Below, piece after piece: positions 54,494 to 64,000 of a stretch of 64,000 nt of DNA. The position numbers and the translations under genes are program-made. Under the pieces are notes generated by a model that did no database searches, had not been told where the DNA came from, and was given only the letters and a program-made list of their open reading frames with translations. The stretch comes from an uncultured Gammaproteobacteria bacterium (GTDB lineage: Bacteria; Patescibacteriota; Microgenomatia; Levybacterales; GWA1-39-11). The stretch covers positions 3,068 to 67,067 of the forward strand of contig CAZHDZ010000004.1 of the NCBI GenBank assembly GCA_964531275.1, given 5' to 3'. How positions within the stretch are numbered: position 1 is the first letter of the stretch; each line of letters begins with the position of its first letter.

Positions 54494-57400
54494 TTACTCT
54501 GAAGTATTTCCAGCCTCAGGGTCTTCTTTAGTAGCCTCAGCTGCTTCTTCAACAGCGGCTTCATCAGATGGAGCAGTATCCTCAGCAGATGCTTCAGTTG
54601 GTATGTCTTCTTTTTCAGCTTCTTCTACGATCGCCTCGTCAACAGCAGCTTCTGTTTCTTTTTCAACTTCATCAGACTTTGCTTCAGCCTCAATTTCTGG
54701 CTTTTCTTCTACAACAACTTCCTCAACTGGAGGGATGTAATTATCCATCAAATGTTCTCTTACAGGTATAAGTCTTCCAACGATAACATTTTCTTTAAGA
54801 CCGATAAGATTATCTACTTTACCCTCCAAAGAAGCGTCAGTGAGAACCTGTGTTGTTTCTTGGAATGATGCTGCTGACAACCATGAGTCAGTAACAAGTG
54901 CTGATTTTGTGACACCAAGCATTGTTTCTCTTGCTGTAGCTGGCTCTCCGCCCTCAGCAATACCTGCTGCATTCTCATCTTCAAATCTAAGCTTTGAGAT
55001 AAGATCTCCAGGTAGAAGAGATGTGTCTCCTGCTGTTTCGATCATAACCTTGTCAGACATCTTTCTAACAATAGTCTCAAAGTGCTTATAGTGAATTGAG
55101 ATACCCTGTGACTCGTACACGTATTGGATCTGATTGATCAGATATTGTTGAGCTTTTTCAAGGCCACCAACCTTAAGAACATCTTTTGGATCCAAATGTC
55201 CTTCACAAAGTTGTGTTCCGGCAACTACTTGCTCTCCATCTTCAACCAAAAGGCTTGATGCAAGAGGAACAAAATATTCTCTTTCCTCAACTGGTTTTAC
55301 CTTTGTATTCTTAACCTTAACAATATATCCGTCCTCTACCTTCTCAACGCTTACCTTACCGGTGATTTCAGCAACTGGTGCCAAATTCTTTGGACGTCTT
55401 ACCTCAAATAGTTCTTCCACACGAGGTAGACCTTGTGTAACGTCAGACATAACAACTCCTCCAAAGTGCTTAACACGCATAGTAAGCTGAGTTCCAGGCT
55501 CTCCGATTGATTGAGCAGCTATAACTCCAACTGGTGTTCCTAGATCTGCTCTCTTATATGAAGAAAGATCCCATCCATAACATGCTGCACACATTCCATA
55601 TTTGAGTCTGCAGTACATAGGGGTTCTGATATCTGCTGAAAGAACTGAGTCATCCTTAAGGATTTCATTCAATTTCTCATGATCAATATCTTCACCCTTC
55701 TTTACGTATACTTTCTTGCTCTTTTTTGAAGCAATATCTTTCAAAGCAACTCTTCCCAAAAGCATATTAACAATTGGAGTTACATTCTCACGATTCTCTA
55801 ATGGAATATGATATCCCATTGTTGTTCCGCAATCTGCTTCACGGATAATAACGTCATGAGTAACGTCAACGAGACGTCGAGTTAGGTATCCTGCATCTGC
55901 TGTCTTAAGAGCTGAGTCAGTAAGACCTTTTCTTGATCCTCTAGCAGAGTTTACATATTCAAAGATTGAAAGACCTTCTCTAAAGTTAGACTTAATTGGA
56001 AGCTCAACGATACGTCCTAGTGGATCGTAAATAAGACCTCTCATAGCAGCAAGCTGTTTGATCTGATCTTTTCCTGCACGGGCTCCTCCTGAATCAGCAA
56101 TTATTCTAACAATGTCATTCTTAGCAAAAAGATCCCATGTAAGATTTGCCATCTTTTCTGTTACTTCAAGCCATACATGATTCATAAGTCTTTTCTGCTC
56201 AGTAAGAGTGATAAGACCCTGTTGATATTCGTTTTCGATATTTTGAATTTGCTTTTCAGCAGCATCGATAAGAGTATTTTTGTTATCAAGCATCTTCAAA
56301 TCGAATGTTGATACTGAAATTCCTGAAATTGTTGCTGCGTAGAATCCAATTCCCTTAATTCTGTCTATTAGATTTGCAACTTCAACTTCTGAAATATCAA
56401 CCATTGCACGTGTAATAATTTCTCTAATTGTTGAAGCTTTTATTTCTTCATTTACAAAACGCATGCTTTCAGGCAAAGCTTCGTTGAACATGATTCTTCC
56501 CAAAGTTGTTTCAAGAATTTTTCCATCAAACCTGATCATGATCGGCTCTCTTAAAGTAATCATCTTAAGAGAAAGAGCAAGATACCCTTCAGATGGATCT
56601 GAGAACATAGGAAGTGTCTCTTTTCTCTTTGATTCGTCAATGCTTGTAAGATAGAACGTACCAAGAGCCATTTCCTTGTTTGGAAGGGTTATTGGATTAC
56701 CATCAGCTGGTTTCAAAAGATTTGATGCAGGCATCATAAGCTGGATAGCCTCATCTTGAGCTCTTTGTGAAAGAGGTACGTGAATAGCCATTTGATCTCC
56801 GTCAAAGTCAGCATTGTAACCTGCGCAAACACAAGGATGGATCTTAATAGCACTTCCCTCAACTAACACAGGATAGAAAGCCTGGATACCGAGTTTGTGA
56901 AGGGTGGGGGCACGATTCAAAAGAACTGGGTGATTTCTTGTGATTTCTTCCAAGATATCAAACACTTCTGGTGGTCTCTTTTCAATATATCTCTTTGCAG
57001 CCTTTGCATTTGGAGTTGTAAGTCCTCGTGCAATAACTTCACGGATAACAAAAGGCTTAAATAATTCAAGTGCCATTTCCTTTGGAAGTCCGCACTGATT
57101 AAGAGACAATTCAGGTCCAACGATAATAACTGAACGTCCTGAGTAATCTACACGCTTTCCAAGAAGGTTCTTTCTAAAACGTCCCTGCTTTCCACGGAGC
57201 ACGTCAGAAAGTGACTTAAATTGTCTTTGAGTCGAAGAAGCCCTTATTGATGTGTCGATAAGGTAATCAACTGATTCCTGAAGCATTCTCTTCTCATTTC
57301 TTAAAATGATTTCTGGCGCTCCAAGAGAAATAAGATGGTTAAGTCTGTTATTTCTATTGATTACTCTTCTATATAGATCGTTAAGATCAGAAGTAGCAAA

Positions 57401-58498
57401 TCTTCCTCCGTTAAGTTGAACCATAGGACGAAGATCTGGTGGCAATACAGGAAGAACCCGAAGAACCATTGATGAAAGGTCAAATCCTGCTTCATTTATA
57501 GCCTCGATAAGATGGAGTCTCTTAAGTAATTTCAATTGCTTTTGGCCTGAAGACTTTCCTTCTTCTTCTCTTAGTTCTCCAATGATCTTTGGAATATCCA
57601 TCTGCTCGATTGCATGAAGGATGGCACCAGCTCCTGTTTCTACCTCAAAGAAGATGATTACATCATATTCAAGTAGTCTTACATATTCTTCTTCTGAAAG
57701 AACGTTCCAGGTCTTAAGACCTTTTACGATATCACCGATTCTGTCAAAAATTTCTTCAATGCGTGAGCCTTCATTTTCTAGTCTCTTATCAAGAGCTGCA
57801 TTCTTCTGCTTGTAGTTAACTCTTTGCTCTTCAAGAACTAGTTCTTTTCTCTCTTTCTTAAGAGTAGATTCTGTATCTTTGAATTTTTCTTTTTCTTCAG
57901 CAGAAAGTCTAGCTTTTTCATCTTCAATGGTCTTTTTAAGATCATCTAGTCTCATTTGTTTTGCTTCTTCAAGCTTAGACTGTGCTTCTTTTCTCTTTTC
58001 TTCATCAATTGTTGTTACCAAGTAACTTGCGTAATAAATAATTGATTCAAGCTCTTTTTGAGATGTTCCAAGAAGAGTTGAAAGCTTTGAAGGTGATCCC
58101 TTTGAGAACCATACATGAATTACAGGTGCTGCAAGGGTAATATGACCCATTCTTTCACGTCTTACGCGAGAGTAAGTAACTTCTACTCCACATCGGTCGC
58201 AGACAATTCCCTTATAACGAATTCTCTTGTACTTTCCGCAATAACATTCGAAGTCACGCGTAGGTCCAAAGATTCTCTCGTCAAAAAGTCCGTCTTTTTC
58301 AGCCCTGAAGGTTCTGTAATTAATTGTTTCTGGCTTAGTAACTTCTCCATATGACCAATTCTTTATGTCGTCTGGAGATGCTACGGTAATTCTAAGACCT
58401 TCAAAGTCTGAAATATTAATCACATCATTTCTTCGATGTGTTACTTTTGGAGCGAATGCTCCATCTCTATATTGTTGATTTCCGTCTTGTGGTTCCAT
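54494..58498 (-). CDS. rpoC: DNA-directed RNA polymerase subunit beta-prime
   Basis: Zinc finger CYCGKYKRIRYKGIVCDRCGVEV, the NADFDGD active site and an acidic C-terminal tail. Confidence 0.97.
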   Translation of the reverse strand: MEPQDGNQQYRDGAFAPKVTHRRNDVINISDFEGLRITVASPDDIKNWSYGEVTKPETINYRTFRAEKDGLFDERIFGPTRDFECYCGKYKRIRYKGIVCDRCGVEVTYSRVRRERMGHITLAAPVIHVWFSKGSPSKLSTLLGTSQKELESIIYYASYLVTTIDEEKRKEAQSKLEEAKQMRLDDLKKTIEDEKARLSAEEKEKFKDTESTLKKERKELVLEEQRVNYKQKNAALDKRLENEGSRIEEIFDRIGDIVKGLKTWNVLSEEEYVRLLEYDVIIFFEVETGAGAILHAIEQMDIPKIIGELREEEGKSSGQKQLKLLKRLHLIEAINEAGFDLSSMVLRVLPVLPPDLRPMVQLNGGRFATSDLNDLYRRVINRNNRLNHLISLGAPEIILRNEKRMLQESVDYLIDTSIRASSTQRQFKSLSDVLRGKQGRFRKNLLGKRVDYSGRSVIIVGPELSLNQCGLPKEMALELFKPFVIREVIARGLTTPNAKAAKRYIEKRPPEVFDILEEITRNHPVLLNRAPTLHKLGIQAFYPVLVEGSAIKIHPCVCAGYNADFDGDQMAIHVPLSQRAQDEAIQLMMPASNLLKPADGNPITLPNKEMALGTFYLTSIDESKRKETLPMFSDPSEGYLALSLKMITLREPIMIRFDGKILETTLGRIMFNEALPESMRFVNEEIKASTIREIITRAMVDISEVEVANLIDRIKGIGFYAATISGISVSTFDLKMLDNKNTLIDAAEKQIQNIENEYQQGLITLTEQKRLMNHVWLEVTEKMANLTWDLFAKNDIVRIIADSGGARAGKDQIKQLAAMRGLIYDPLGRIVELPIKSNFREGLSIFEYVNSARGSRKGLTDSALKTADAGYLTRRLVDVTHDVIIREADCGTTMGYHIPLENRENVTPIVNMLLGRVALKDIASKKSKKVYVKKGEDIDHEKLNEILKDDSVLSADIRTPMYCRLKYGMCAACYGWDLSSYKRADLGTPVGVIAAQSIGEPGTQLTMRVKHFGGVVMSDVTQGLPRVEELFEVRRPKNLAPVAEITGKVSVEKVEDGYIVKVKNTKVKPVEEREYFVPLASSLLVEDGEQVVAGTQLCEGHLDPKDVLKVGGLEKAQQYLINQIQYVYESQGISIHYKHFETIVRKMSDKVMIETAGDTSLLPGDLISKLRFEDENAAGIAEGGEPATARETMLGVTKSALVTDSWLSAASFQETTQVLTDASLEGKVDNLIGLKENVIVGRLIPVREHLMDNYIPPVEEVVVEEKPEIEAEAKSDEVEKETEAAVDEAIVEEAEKEDIPTEASAEDTAPSDEAAVEEAAEATKEDPEAGNTSE

Positions 58499-58504
58499 AG
58501 TAAT

Positions 58505-61500
58505 TTAGTTCTCCTCTCCTTCTGTTGGCGCTACGAGATCTTCCTCTGTTGGTTCTGTCTGTTGGACTGACTCTACTATAAGCTCTGCTTCAGGAGTTAG
58601 GACATCATCTGTCTCAGTTGTCTCAACGGCTGAACTCTCAAGTACTTCCTTTAATTCTTCAGCTTCTTTCTTAACTTCCTCGCTTGCTTCCACTTCATCT
58701 TCTTCAGGTGCAACGACCGCTGCTGTAGGTTGAATATTCATACCCAATGATTGAAGTTCTCGGATAAGAACCTTGAATGATTCAGGCACTTTAGGTGTTG
58801 GGATATCTACACCTTTAATAATAGCTTCAAATGCCTTGGCCCTGCCTGCAACGTCATCTGATTTAATTGTTAACATTTCCTGAAGTGTATAAGCTGCTCG
58901 ATGTGACTCAAGAGCCCAAACTTCCATCTCTCCAAGTCTCTGTCCTCCCATTTGAGCCTTTCCTCCGAGAGGCTGTTGGGTAACAAGAGAGTATGGACCT
59001 GTAGATCTAGCATGTGTCTTATCCTCAACCATGTGGATAAGCTTCATGATATATCCGATTCCAACAACTACATTATTCTCGTATGCGTCTCCAGTTCTTG
59101 CATCATACATTTTCACTTTTGCATCCGCTGGAATTCCAGCTTCTTTCATGAGCGCAAAAAGTCTTTCCTCTTCTGTCTTTTCAAATACTGGAACTGCTAT
59201 TTTATCACCTAATCTCTTCGCTGCCCACCCTGCATGTGCTTCAAGCAATTGTCCTAGATTCATACGACCAAGCACTGAGATAGGTGAAATCATAATATCA
59301 ACTGGTGTTCCGTCTTCTAGATAAGGCATGTCAGATTGTGGAACGATCTTTGAGATAACACCCTTATTTCCATGACGTCCAGCAAGTTTGTCTCCAACAA
59401 CAACGTGTCTTAATTGAGCAACTTCGATATGAAGTTTTCTAATAGTGCCTGGCTCTAACTCATCACCCTTGTCACGATCAAGAACCTGAATGCTTGTAAC
59501 AATTCCGTGCTCTCCGTGTGGCATTCTCAAAGATGTGTCTCGTACTTCACGAGCCTTTTCTCCAAAGATTGCTCGAAGCAATCTTTCTTCTGCTGTAAGT
59601 TCAGTTTCTCCTTTTGGAGCAATCTTACCAACCAAGATGTCTCCTGGGTTAACTTCAGATCCAACTACAACAATTCCCTCTTCATCAAGATTTGCAAGAT
59701 CTTCTTCAGCTACATTTGGAATGTCTCTTGTTGTTTCTTCTGGACCTAGCTTTGTATCAACAACAGTTGCTTCATATTTTTCTATATGAACAGAGCTTAG
59801 CTCATCATCTTTTACAAGTCTGTCCGAAATAACGATAGCGTCCTCGTATCCAAGTCCATCATAAGATGCGTATGCAATGAGGAGATTCTTACCTAGTGCC
59901 AATTCTCCATTGTCAGTTGCAGGTCCGTCAACAAGAACGTCTCCCTTTTTAACTTTTTGGCCTGTAAATACAACTGGTTTTTCTGAGAAATAAGTATTTT
60001 GAGCAGTTCTTTTGAATTTTTCGACATCAAATTCAACTTTTCCGTCTTTACCTTCAAGAATAACCTTATTTGCGTCTACGAAGCTTATTTCACCGTCGAA
60101 TGGAGCTTTTACAACTCTACCCAAGGCTTCAGCAACTGTTGCTTCCATACCTGTTCCAACAACTGGAGACTCAGTCTTAATTAATGGCACAGCCTGACAT
60201 TGCATGTGTGTTCCCATCAGTGCACGGTTTGCTTCGTCATGGTCAACAAAAGGAATAAGCGAAGCAGAAGTTCCAACTACCTGACGTGGAATAACGTCAA
60301 TATATTGTATCTTTGATCGCTCTACTTCGAGATATTCTCCACGATGTCTTGCAGGAACAAGCTCATCAACGATATAACCATCGTCATCGATAGCAATATC
60401 AGCATGTGTGATAAATTTATCTGCCTCAACATCAGCATCAAGGTAAACGATCTCACTTGTTACCTTTGTAACTGTCTTGCTTCCCTTTTTCTCTTGGACA
60501 ACAACTCTATATGGAGCTTCTAAGAAACCGAATTCATTAACCCGCGCATAGAGAGCAAGGTAAGTAACAAGTCCGATATTTGGACCTTCAGGGCTTCTTA
60601 CAGGACAAATCTTAGAATACTGGGAAGCGTTGATGTCACGAATTGAGAATGAGGCTCTTTCTCTTGAGATACCACCAGTACCCATAACGGTAAGACGTCT
60701 TAAATTGTCAATTTCTGCAAGTGGATTTGTCTGATCAAGAATAGCTGAAAGTTGAGAGGTTCGGAAAAATTCATTAATTGCTGCAATTATTGGATGAGCG
60801 TTAATAAAATGTGATGGCGAATAAATTTCATCAGTAGAAGTCAAAGACATCTTTTCTTTAATAATTCTCTCAAGTCGTAGTGCACCAACTCTAAATGCCG
60901 TTGTCTGAACTAATTCTCCAACGCTTCTAATACGTCTGTTTGCCAAGTGGTCGATATCATCAACTTTACCTTTGCCCTGTGAAAGTCCAATAAGGTACTT
61001 CATGATACCGATTATGTCTTCTACTGCAAGCGTTACTACCTCTGTATCAACATCTTTATTAAGTCCATCAAGCTTCTTATTGATCTTGTATCTTCCGACT
61101 CTTGAAAGGTCATATCTTCTTCTGTCAAAGAATGTGTCTCTGAAATTCTGTCTTATTGTGTCAATAACAACTGGTTCTCCTGGGTTAAGTTTTTTAAATA
61201 TTTCAATAAGTGCATCGGTTGAACCCTTTGCTTCATCTTTTTCAAGAGTATTTTTGAGGATAATGTCAGCACCTTCTGTGTCTGCAAATTTTTCGTAAAT
61301 TTCTTCATTTGTTTCGATGCCTAATGATTTTAGGAAAACTGTTGCGAGGAATTTCTTTCTTCTATCAATTCTTACGACAATCATGTCGGTTCTGGTTGTT
61401 GAGATTTCGAGCCATGATCCATGAACAGGTCTTAACTCTGCTGTATATAGGGTTTTTCCGGTAATTGGATCTTCAGCTCCAGTGAAAAATACCCCTGGGC

Positions 61501-61906
61501 TTCTTACGATTTGGTTAACGATAACTCTTTCAATACCATTTACGATAAATGTTGCACGATCAGTCATCTTTGGTACTTCACCAAGAAAAACTTCTTGAGT
61601 TACTTTCTTTCCGGTCTTTTTATTGAGGAGGGTTGCTTCTACTGTTAATGGAGAGAAGAACGTGAGACCTTTTCTCATTGCCAATTCTTCTGTGATTTTA
61701 GGTTCGCCGAGCTTATATTCTGAAAGACTTAGTTCCCAGTTCTTGCCTGTAAAGTCTTCTATTGGGGAAATTTCATTAATAACTTCTTCTACTCCTTCGC
61801 GGATGAACCACTTGTAAGATGCCTTTTGAATCCCCAAAAGATCCATTTCTGGGAGCTTTGCTACCTGCTTGCCCCAATATTGTCTTATTTTAGTTTGTTT
61901 GATCAT
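58505..61906 (-). CDS. rpoB: DNA-directed RNA polymerase subunit beta
   Basis: Conserved beta-subunit blocks throughout. The start is taken at MIKQTKIRQYWGK (61906). The track ORF extends to 61966 across a leader hairpin. Confidence 0.97.
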   Translation of the reverse strand: MIKQTKIRQYWGKQVAKLPEMDLLGIQKASYKWFIREGVEEVINEISPIEDFTGKNWELSLSEYKLGEPKITEELAMRKGLTFFSPLTVEATLLNKKTGKKVTQEVFLGEVPKMTDRATFIVNGIERVIVNQIVRSPGVFFTGAEDPITGKTLYTAELRPVHGSWLEISTTRTDMIVVRIDRRKKFLATVFLKSLGIETNEEIYEKFADTEGADIILKNTLEKDEAKGSTDALIEIFKKLNPGEPVVIDTIRQNFRDTFFDRRRYDLSRVGRYKINKKLDGLNKDVDTEVVTLAVEDIIGIMKYLIGLSQGKGKVDDIDHLANRRIRSVGELVQTTAFRVGALRLERIIKEKMSLTSTDEIYSPSHFINAHPIIAAINEFFRTSQLSAILDQTNPLAEIDNLRRLTVMGTGGISRERASFSIRDINASQYSKICPVRSPEGPNIGLVTYLALYARVNEFGFLEAPYRVVVQEKKGSKTVTKVTSEIVYLDADVEADKFITHADIAIDDDGYIVDELVPARHRGEYLEVERSKIQYIDVIPRQVVGTSASLIPFVDHDEANRALMGTHMQCQAVPLIKTESPVVGTGMEATVAEALGRVVKAPFDGEISFVDANKVILEGKDGKVEFDVEKFKRTAQNTYFSEKPVVFTGQKVKKGDVLVDGPATDNGELALGKNLLIAYASYDGLGYEDAIVISDRLVKDDELSSVHIEKYEATVVDTKLGPEETTRDIPNVAEEDLANLDEEGIVVVGSEVNPGDILVGKIAPKGETELTAEERLLRAIFGEKAREVRDTSLRMPHGEHGIVTSIQVLDRDKGDELEPGTIRKLHIEVAQLRHVVVGDKLAGRHGNKGVISKIVPQSDMPYLEDGTPVDIMISPISVLGRMNLGQLLEAHAGWAAKRLGDKIAVPVFEKTEEERLFALMKEAGIPADAKVKMYDARTGDAYENNVVVGIGYIMKLIHMVEDKTHARSTGPYSLVTQQPLGGKAQMGGQRLGEMEVWALESHRAAYTLQEMLTIKSDDVAGRAKAFEAIIKGVDIPTPKVPESFKVLIRELQSLGMNIQPTAAVVAPEEDEVEASEEVKKEAEELKEVLESSAVETTETDDVLTPEAELIVESVQQTEPTEEDLVAPTEGEEN

Positions 61907-61940
61907 CGGAAATAAAATTGAAGTTGGCTTCCAACTCACG

Positions 61941-61979
61941 AAAAAAAACGATGAGTGTACAAACACCCATCTTTTTTTA
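61941..61979 (-). terminator. Hairpin flanked by A- and U-tracts (terminator/attenuator) between mltG and rpoB
   Basis: Minus-strand reading: GAUGGGUGUUUGUACACUCAUC with UUUUUUUU, about 35 nt upstream of the rpoB ATG. A possible TTGACA-17-TATATG promoter lies at 62019..61991. Confidence 0.4.
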
Positions 61980-62046
61980 CATGTTGTTTACATATACAGG
62001 ATATAAAAAGCTTTGTCAATACCATACTTGAGACCTAGCCTCAAGA

Positions 62047-62997
62047 TTAGTTCAAATATCTCTCTATATTTTGATTATGCTCGGAAAGTGTCTTTGAAAA
62101 ATGCACATTTCCCTTGGTGTCATGGATGTAATAATAGTAACCACTTGAGGCTGGCTCTTTTGCTGCTTTTATAGCCTCGATTCCTGGATTTGCTATTGCT
62201 CCAGGAGGTGTACCTGCATTCTTATATGTATTATATGGCGAATCAATCTGTCGATCGATCCCCATTGGCACTGACCACCACTTACCCTGGGCGTTCTTTC
62301 CCTTGGCGTACTGAAGCGTTGCATCTATATCAAGAGCCATTCCATCATTGAGTCTATTGTAAAGAACTGATGCTATGAGTGGCTTTTCATCATCTCGCAA
62401 CGCCTCACGTTCAATCAAAGAGGCTAGTATAATAATCTCATCAAGCTTAGGGTCTTCGGAAGAAAGACCTATTTCTTCAATTTTTCTTGTAAAATTCCCT
62501 TTCAAGATAGAGATAACAGCCGCTGCATCTGCGTCTTTTGGAATTAAATACGTATCAGGAAATAGATATCCTTCCTCTGCTTTTAGAGTTGCTATCCAAC
62601 TAGGATCATATGTAGGAATTTCGCGCTGTAAAATCTCTGCTATCTCCTCAGAGCGCAAACCTTCTGGAATTGTCACCCATGTATCAACAGTTCCGTGCCT
62701 AATTGTATCCATAATTTTAGGTAAATCCATTGAAGGAGATAATTTATAAGAGCCTGCCTGAATTGCCTGATCCATATTGTTCTGCTTGATATATATGAAG
62801 AAGACCACTGGGTCCTTAATGAGACCTTGGGTTTTAAGTTCATTTCCAACCGTACGAACCGCAGCCCCTTTTGGAATAACAAATACTTTACTTGTTGTGT
62901 CTTTTGAATTGACAGCAGCAAGGCCATTTTTCCACCACAATGAAAATATACCGAAAATAATAATGCCAATAATAATAACAGTGAGGAGTTTTCGCAT
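62047..62997 (-). CDS. mltG: Endolytic murein transglycosylase MltG (YceG-like)
   Basis: N-terminal TM helix. C-terminal SSGYYYYIHDTKGNVHFSKTLSEHNQNI is the YceG signature. Confidence 0.85.
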   Translation of the reverse strand: MRKLLTVIIIGIIIFGIFSLWWKNGLAAVNSKDTTSKVFVIPKGAAVRTVGNELKTQGLIKDPVVFFIYIKQNNMDQAIQAGSYKLSPSMDLPKIMDTIRHGTVDTWVTIPEGLRSEEIAEILQREIPTYDPSWIATLKAEEGYLFPDTYLIPKDADAAAVISILKGNFTRKIEEIGLSSEDPKLDEIIILASLIEREALRDDEKPLIASVLYNRLNDGMALDIDATLQYAKGKNAQGKWWSVPMGIDRQIDSPYNTYKNAGTPPGAIANPGIEAIKAAKEPASSGYYYYIHDTKGNVHFSKTLSEHNQNIERYLN

Positions 62998-63030
62998 GAA
63001 TCTTTTCTATTCTAACATAAACACTAAATA

Positions 63031-63660
63031 CTACTTTGAGCTTGAGAACGCTACTTTTATTCCAAGAAGAATTAAGGCTACGCCAATAAATCTCTCGGCA
63101 ACATGTTGCACTTTACGGATTTTGCTTTTAAATAAATGATGAGAAAAAATAAACGCTATGAACATGAACCAAATCGCAGTGGCAATAGACATCTCAGCAC
63201 CCATAATAAGTTTTACAAAAAGTGGCGTCTGAGGCTCAATAACTAAGGTGAAAAGACTTAAGAAAAATAGAGTTGCTTTCGGATTAAGAACATTTGTCAA
63301 AAATCCAATACGAACTGCTTTTAAAGAAGATATATCCTCCTGTATAACGACTTCGCTGTCTTTCTCTTTTTTTGACTTTGCAGTTAACGATTTGTAGCCG
63401 ATATATATAAGATAAGCAGCTCCAAGATATTTAATAATCGAGAATAGAACAACAGACTGAGAGATAATAAGCCCAATTCCTATCAGAGAGTATGCAACAT
63501 GAACCAAAATTCCAAGACCTAACCCTATAGCTGAATACATTCCTGTCTTTCTTGAATACACAAGACTGCTTCTTGTTATCATCATAAAATCAGGGCCAGG
63601 ACTAATAACGGCAAGGAGATGAATAACAGCAACGGTTAGAATAATCGATACATATTCCAT
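63031..63660 (-). CDS. LysE/RhtB-family amino-acid exporter
   Basis: N-terminal AVISPGPDF motif. 209 aa with six TM helices. Confidence 0.7.
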   Translation of the reverse strand: MEYVSIILTVAVIHLLAVISPGPDFMMITRSSLVYSRKTGMYSAIGLGLGILVHVAYSLIGIGLIISQSVVLFSIIKYLGAAYLIYIGYKSLTAKSKKEKDSEVVIQEDISSLKAVRIGFLTNVLNPKATLFFLSLFTLVIEPQTPLFVKLIMGAEMSIATAIWFMFIAFIFSHHLFKSKIRKVQHVAERFIGVALILLGIKVAFSSSK

Positions 63661-63688
63661 GAATTAATTTTAACATAGGCTTGAAATG

Positions 63689-63982
63689 CTATCTGATAAC
63701 AACAGCCCCACTAGCTTCGGGGACCTTTTTAAATAATATATATCTCTTACCTACCAAAATTCTTACAAAATTATTCTCAACTATATCTGCCTTGGGAATT
63801 GCCTCAATACTGCCGTATTGCTCTTTTAAAGCAATACCAGATGCAGTAATCTCTTTTTCTGCTTGCAGAATTCTTTGGTCTGCCTCATTTAACTGCACAG
63901 GAATAACTTCTCCGTTAAGCGTGAACTCTTCAATTACTTTTCTTGTATCTTTCAATTTCTTATCGGTTCTTGCAAATTTCAA
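63689..63982 (-). CDS. Hypothetical protein
   Basis: 97-aa ORF near the window end. It competes with a plus-strand ORF at 63681..63992. Confidence 0.3.
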   Translation of the reverse strand: MKFARTDKKLKDTRKVIEEFTLNGEVIPVQLNEADQRILQAEKEITASGIALKEQYGSIEAIPKADIVENNFVRILVGKRYILFKKVPEASGAVVIR

Positions 63983-64000
63983 TCCATCATAGTGATCACG

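Noticed and set aside
54480-54771. Plus-strand ORFs rich in Ser/Ala antisense to the rpoC 3-prime end
   Set aside because: Antisense of the acidic C-terminal tail codons of rpoC. No independent support.
63681-63992. 103-aa plus-strand ORF overlapping the 63689..63982 minus ORF
   Set aside because: The neighbouring genes are on the minus strand and the product is hydrophobic low-complexity. The minus-strand reading was preferred, with low confidence.

Overview
Low-GC (~35-38%) bacterial window in which most genes lie on the minus strand. It is dominated by a near-complete ribosomal protein superoperon, split into blocks. Reading minus-strand order from high to low coordinate: tuf | terminator | rpsJ | 0.5 kb spacer | rplC-rplD-rplW-rplB-rpsS-rplV-rpsC-rplP-rpmC-rpsQ-rplN-rplX-rpmJ-rplE-rpsZ-rpsH-rplF-rplR-rpsE-rplO-secY-adk, followed by two further P-loop kinases. 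A second block on the minus strand is rpoB-rpoC-rpsL-rpsG, with fusA stranded 10 kb away from it. rpmD (L30) is absent between rpsE and rplO, and rpmJ (L36) sits between rplX and rplE. Together with lysine-rich or acidic tails on many ribosomal proteins, this fits a reduced-genome lineage such as CPR/Patescibacteria, but that placement is an inference. Between the ribosomal blocks is an accessory stretch. It contains a lexA-dinB SOS pair with a perfect Cheo-type GAAC-N4-GTTC box, and an ABC exporter cassette bracketed by inverted arrays of a GCGNAGC mini-hairpin repeat. It also contains an ATPase-winged-helix regulator with candidate GTCAGG operator repeats, and a surface cluster (Rpf-like transglycosylase and a lamin-tail-domain protein with a long TPT repeat). 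Further genes are a bacterial topoisomerase IB, base-excision/Nudix genes, murB, and a two-gene ATP-citrate lyase (aclB-aclA) with striking full-length similarity to ACLY. Finally there is a pair of cysteine-rich zinc-ribbon/repeat proteins convergent with a VirD4/TraG-like membrane ATPase, plus guaA, pepP, ppiB, mltG and a LysE-type exporter. Several short intergenic sequence motifs recur at two loci each. Leader hairpins with U-tracts sit just upstream of tuf, rplC and rpoB. No rRNA, tRNA or CRISPR array could be supported by eye.
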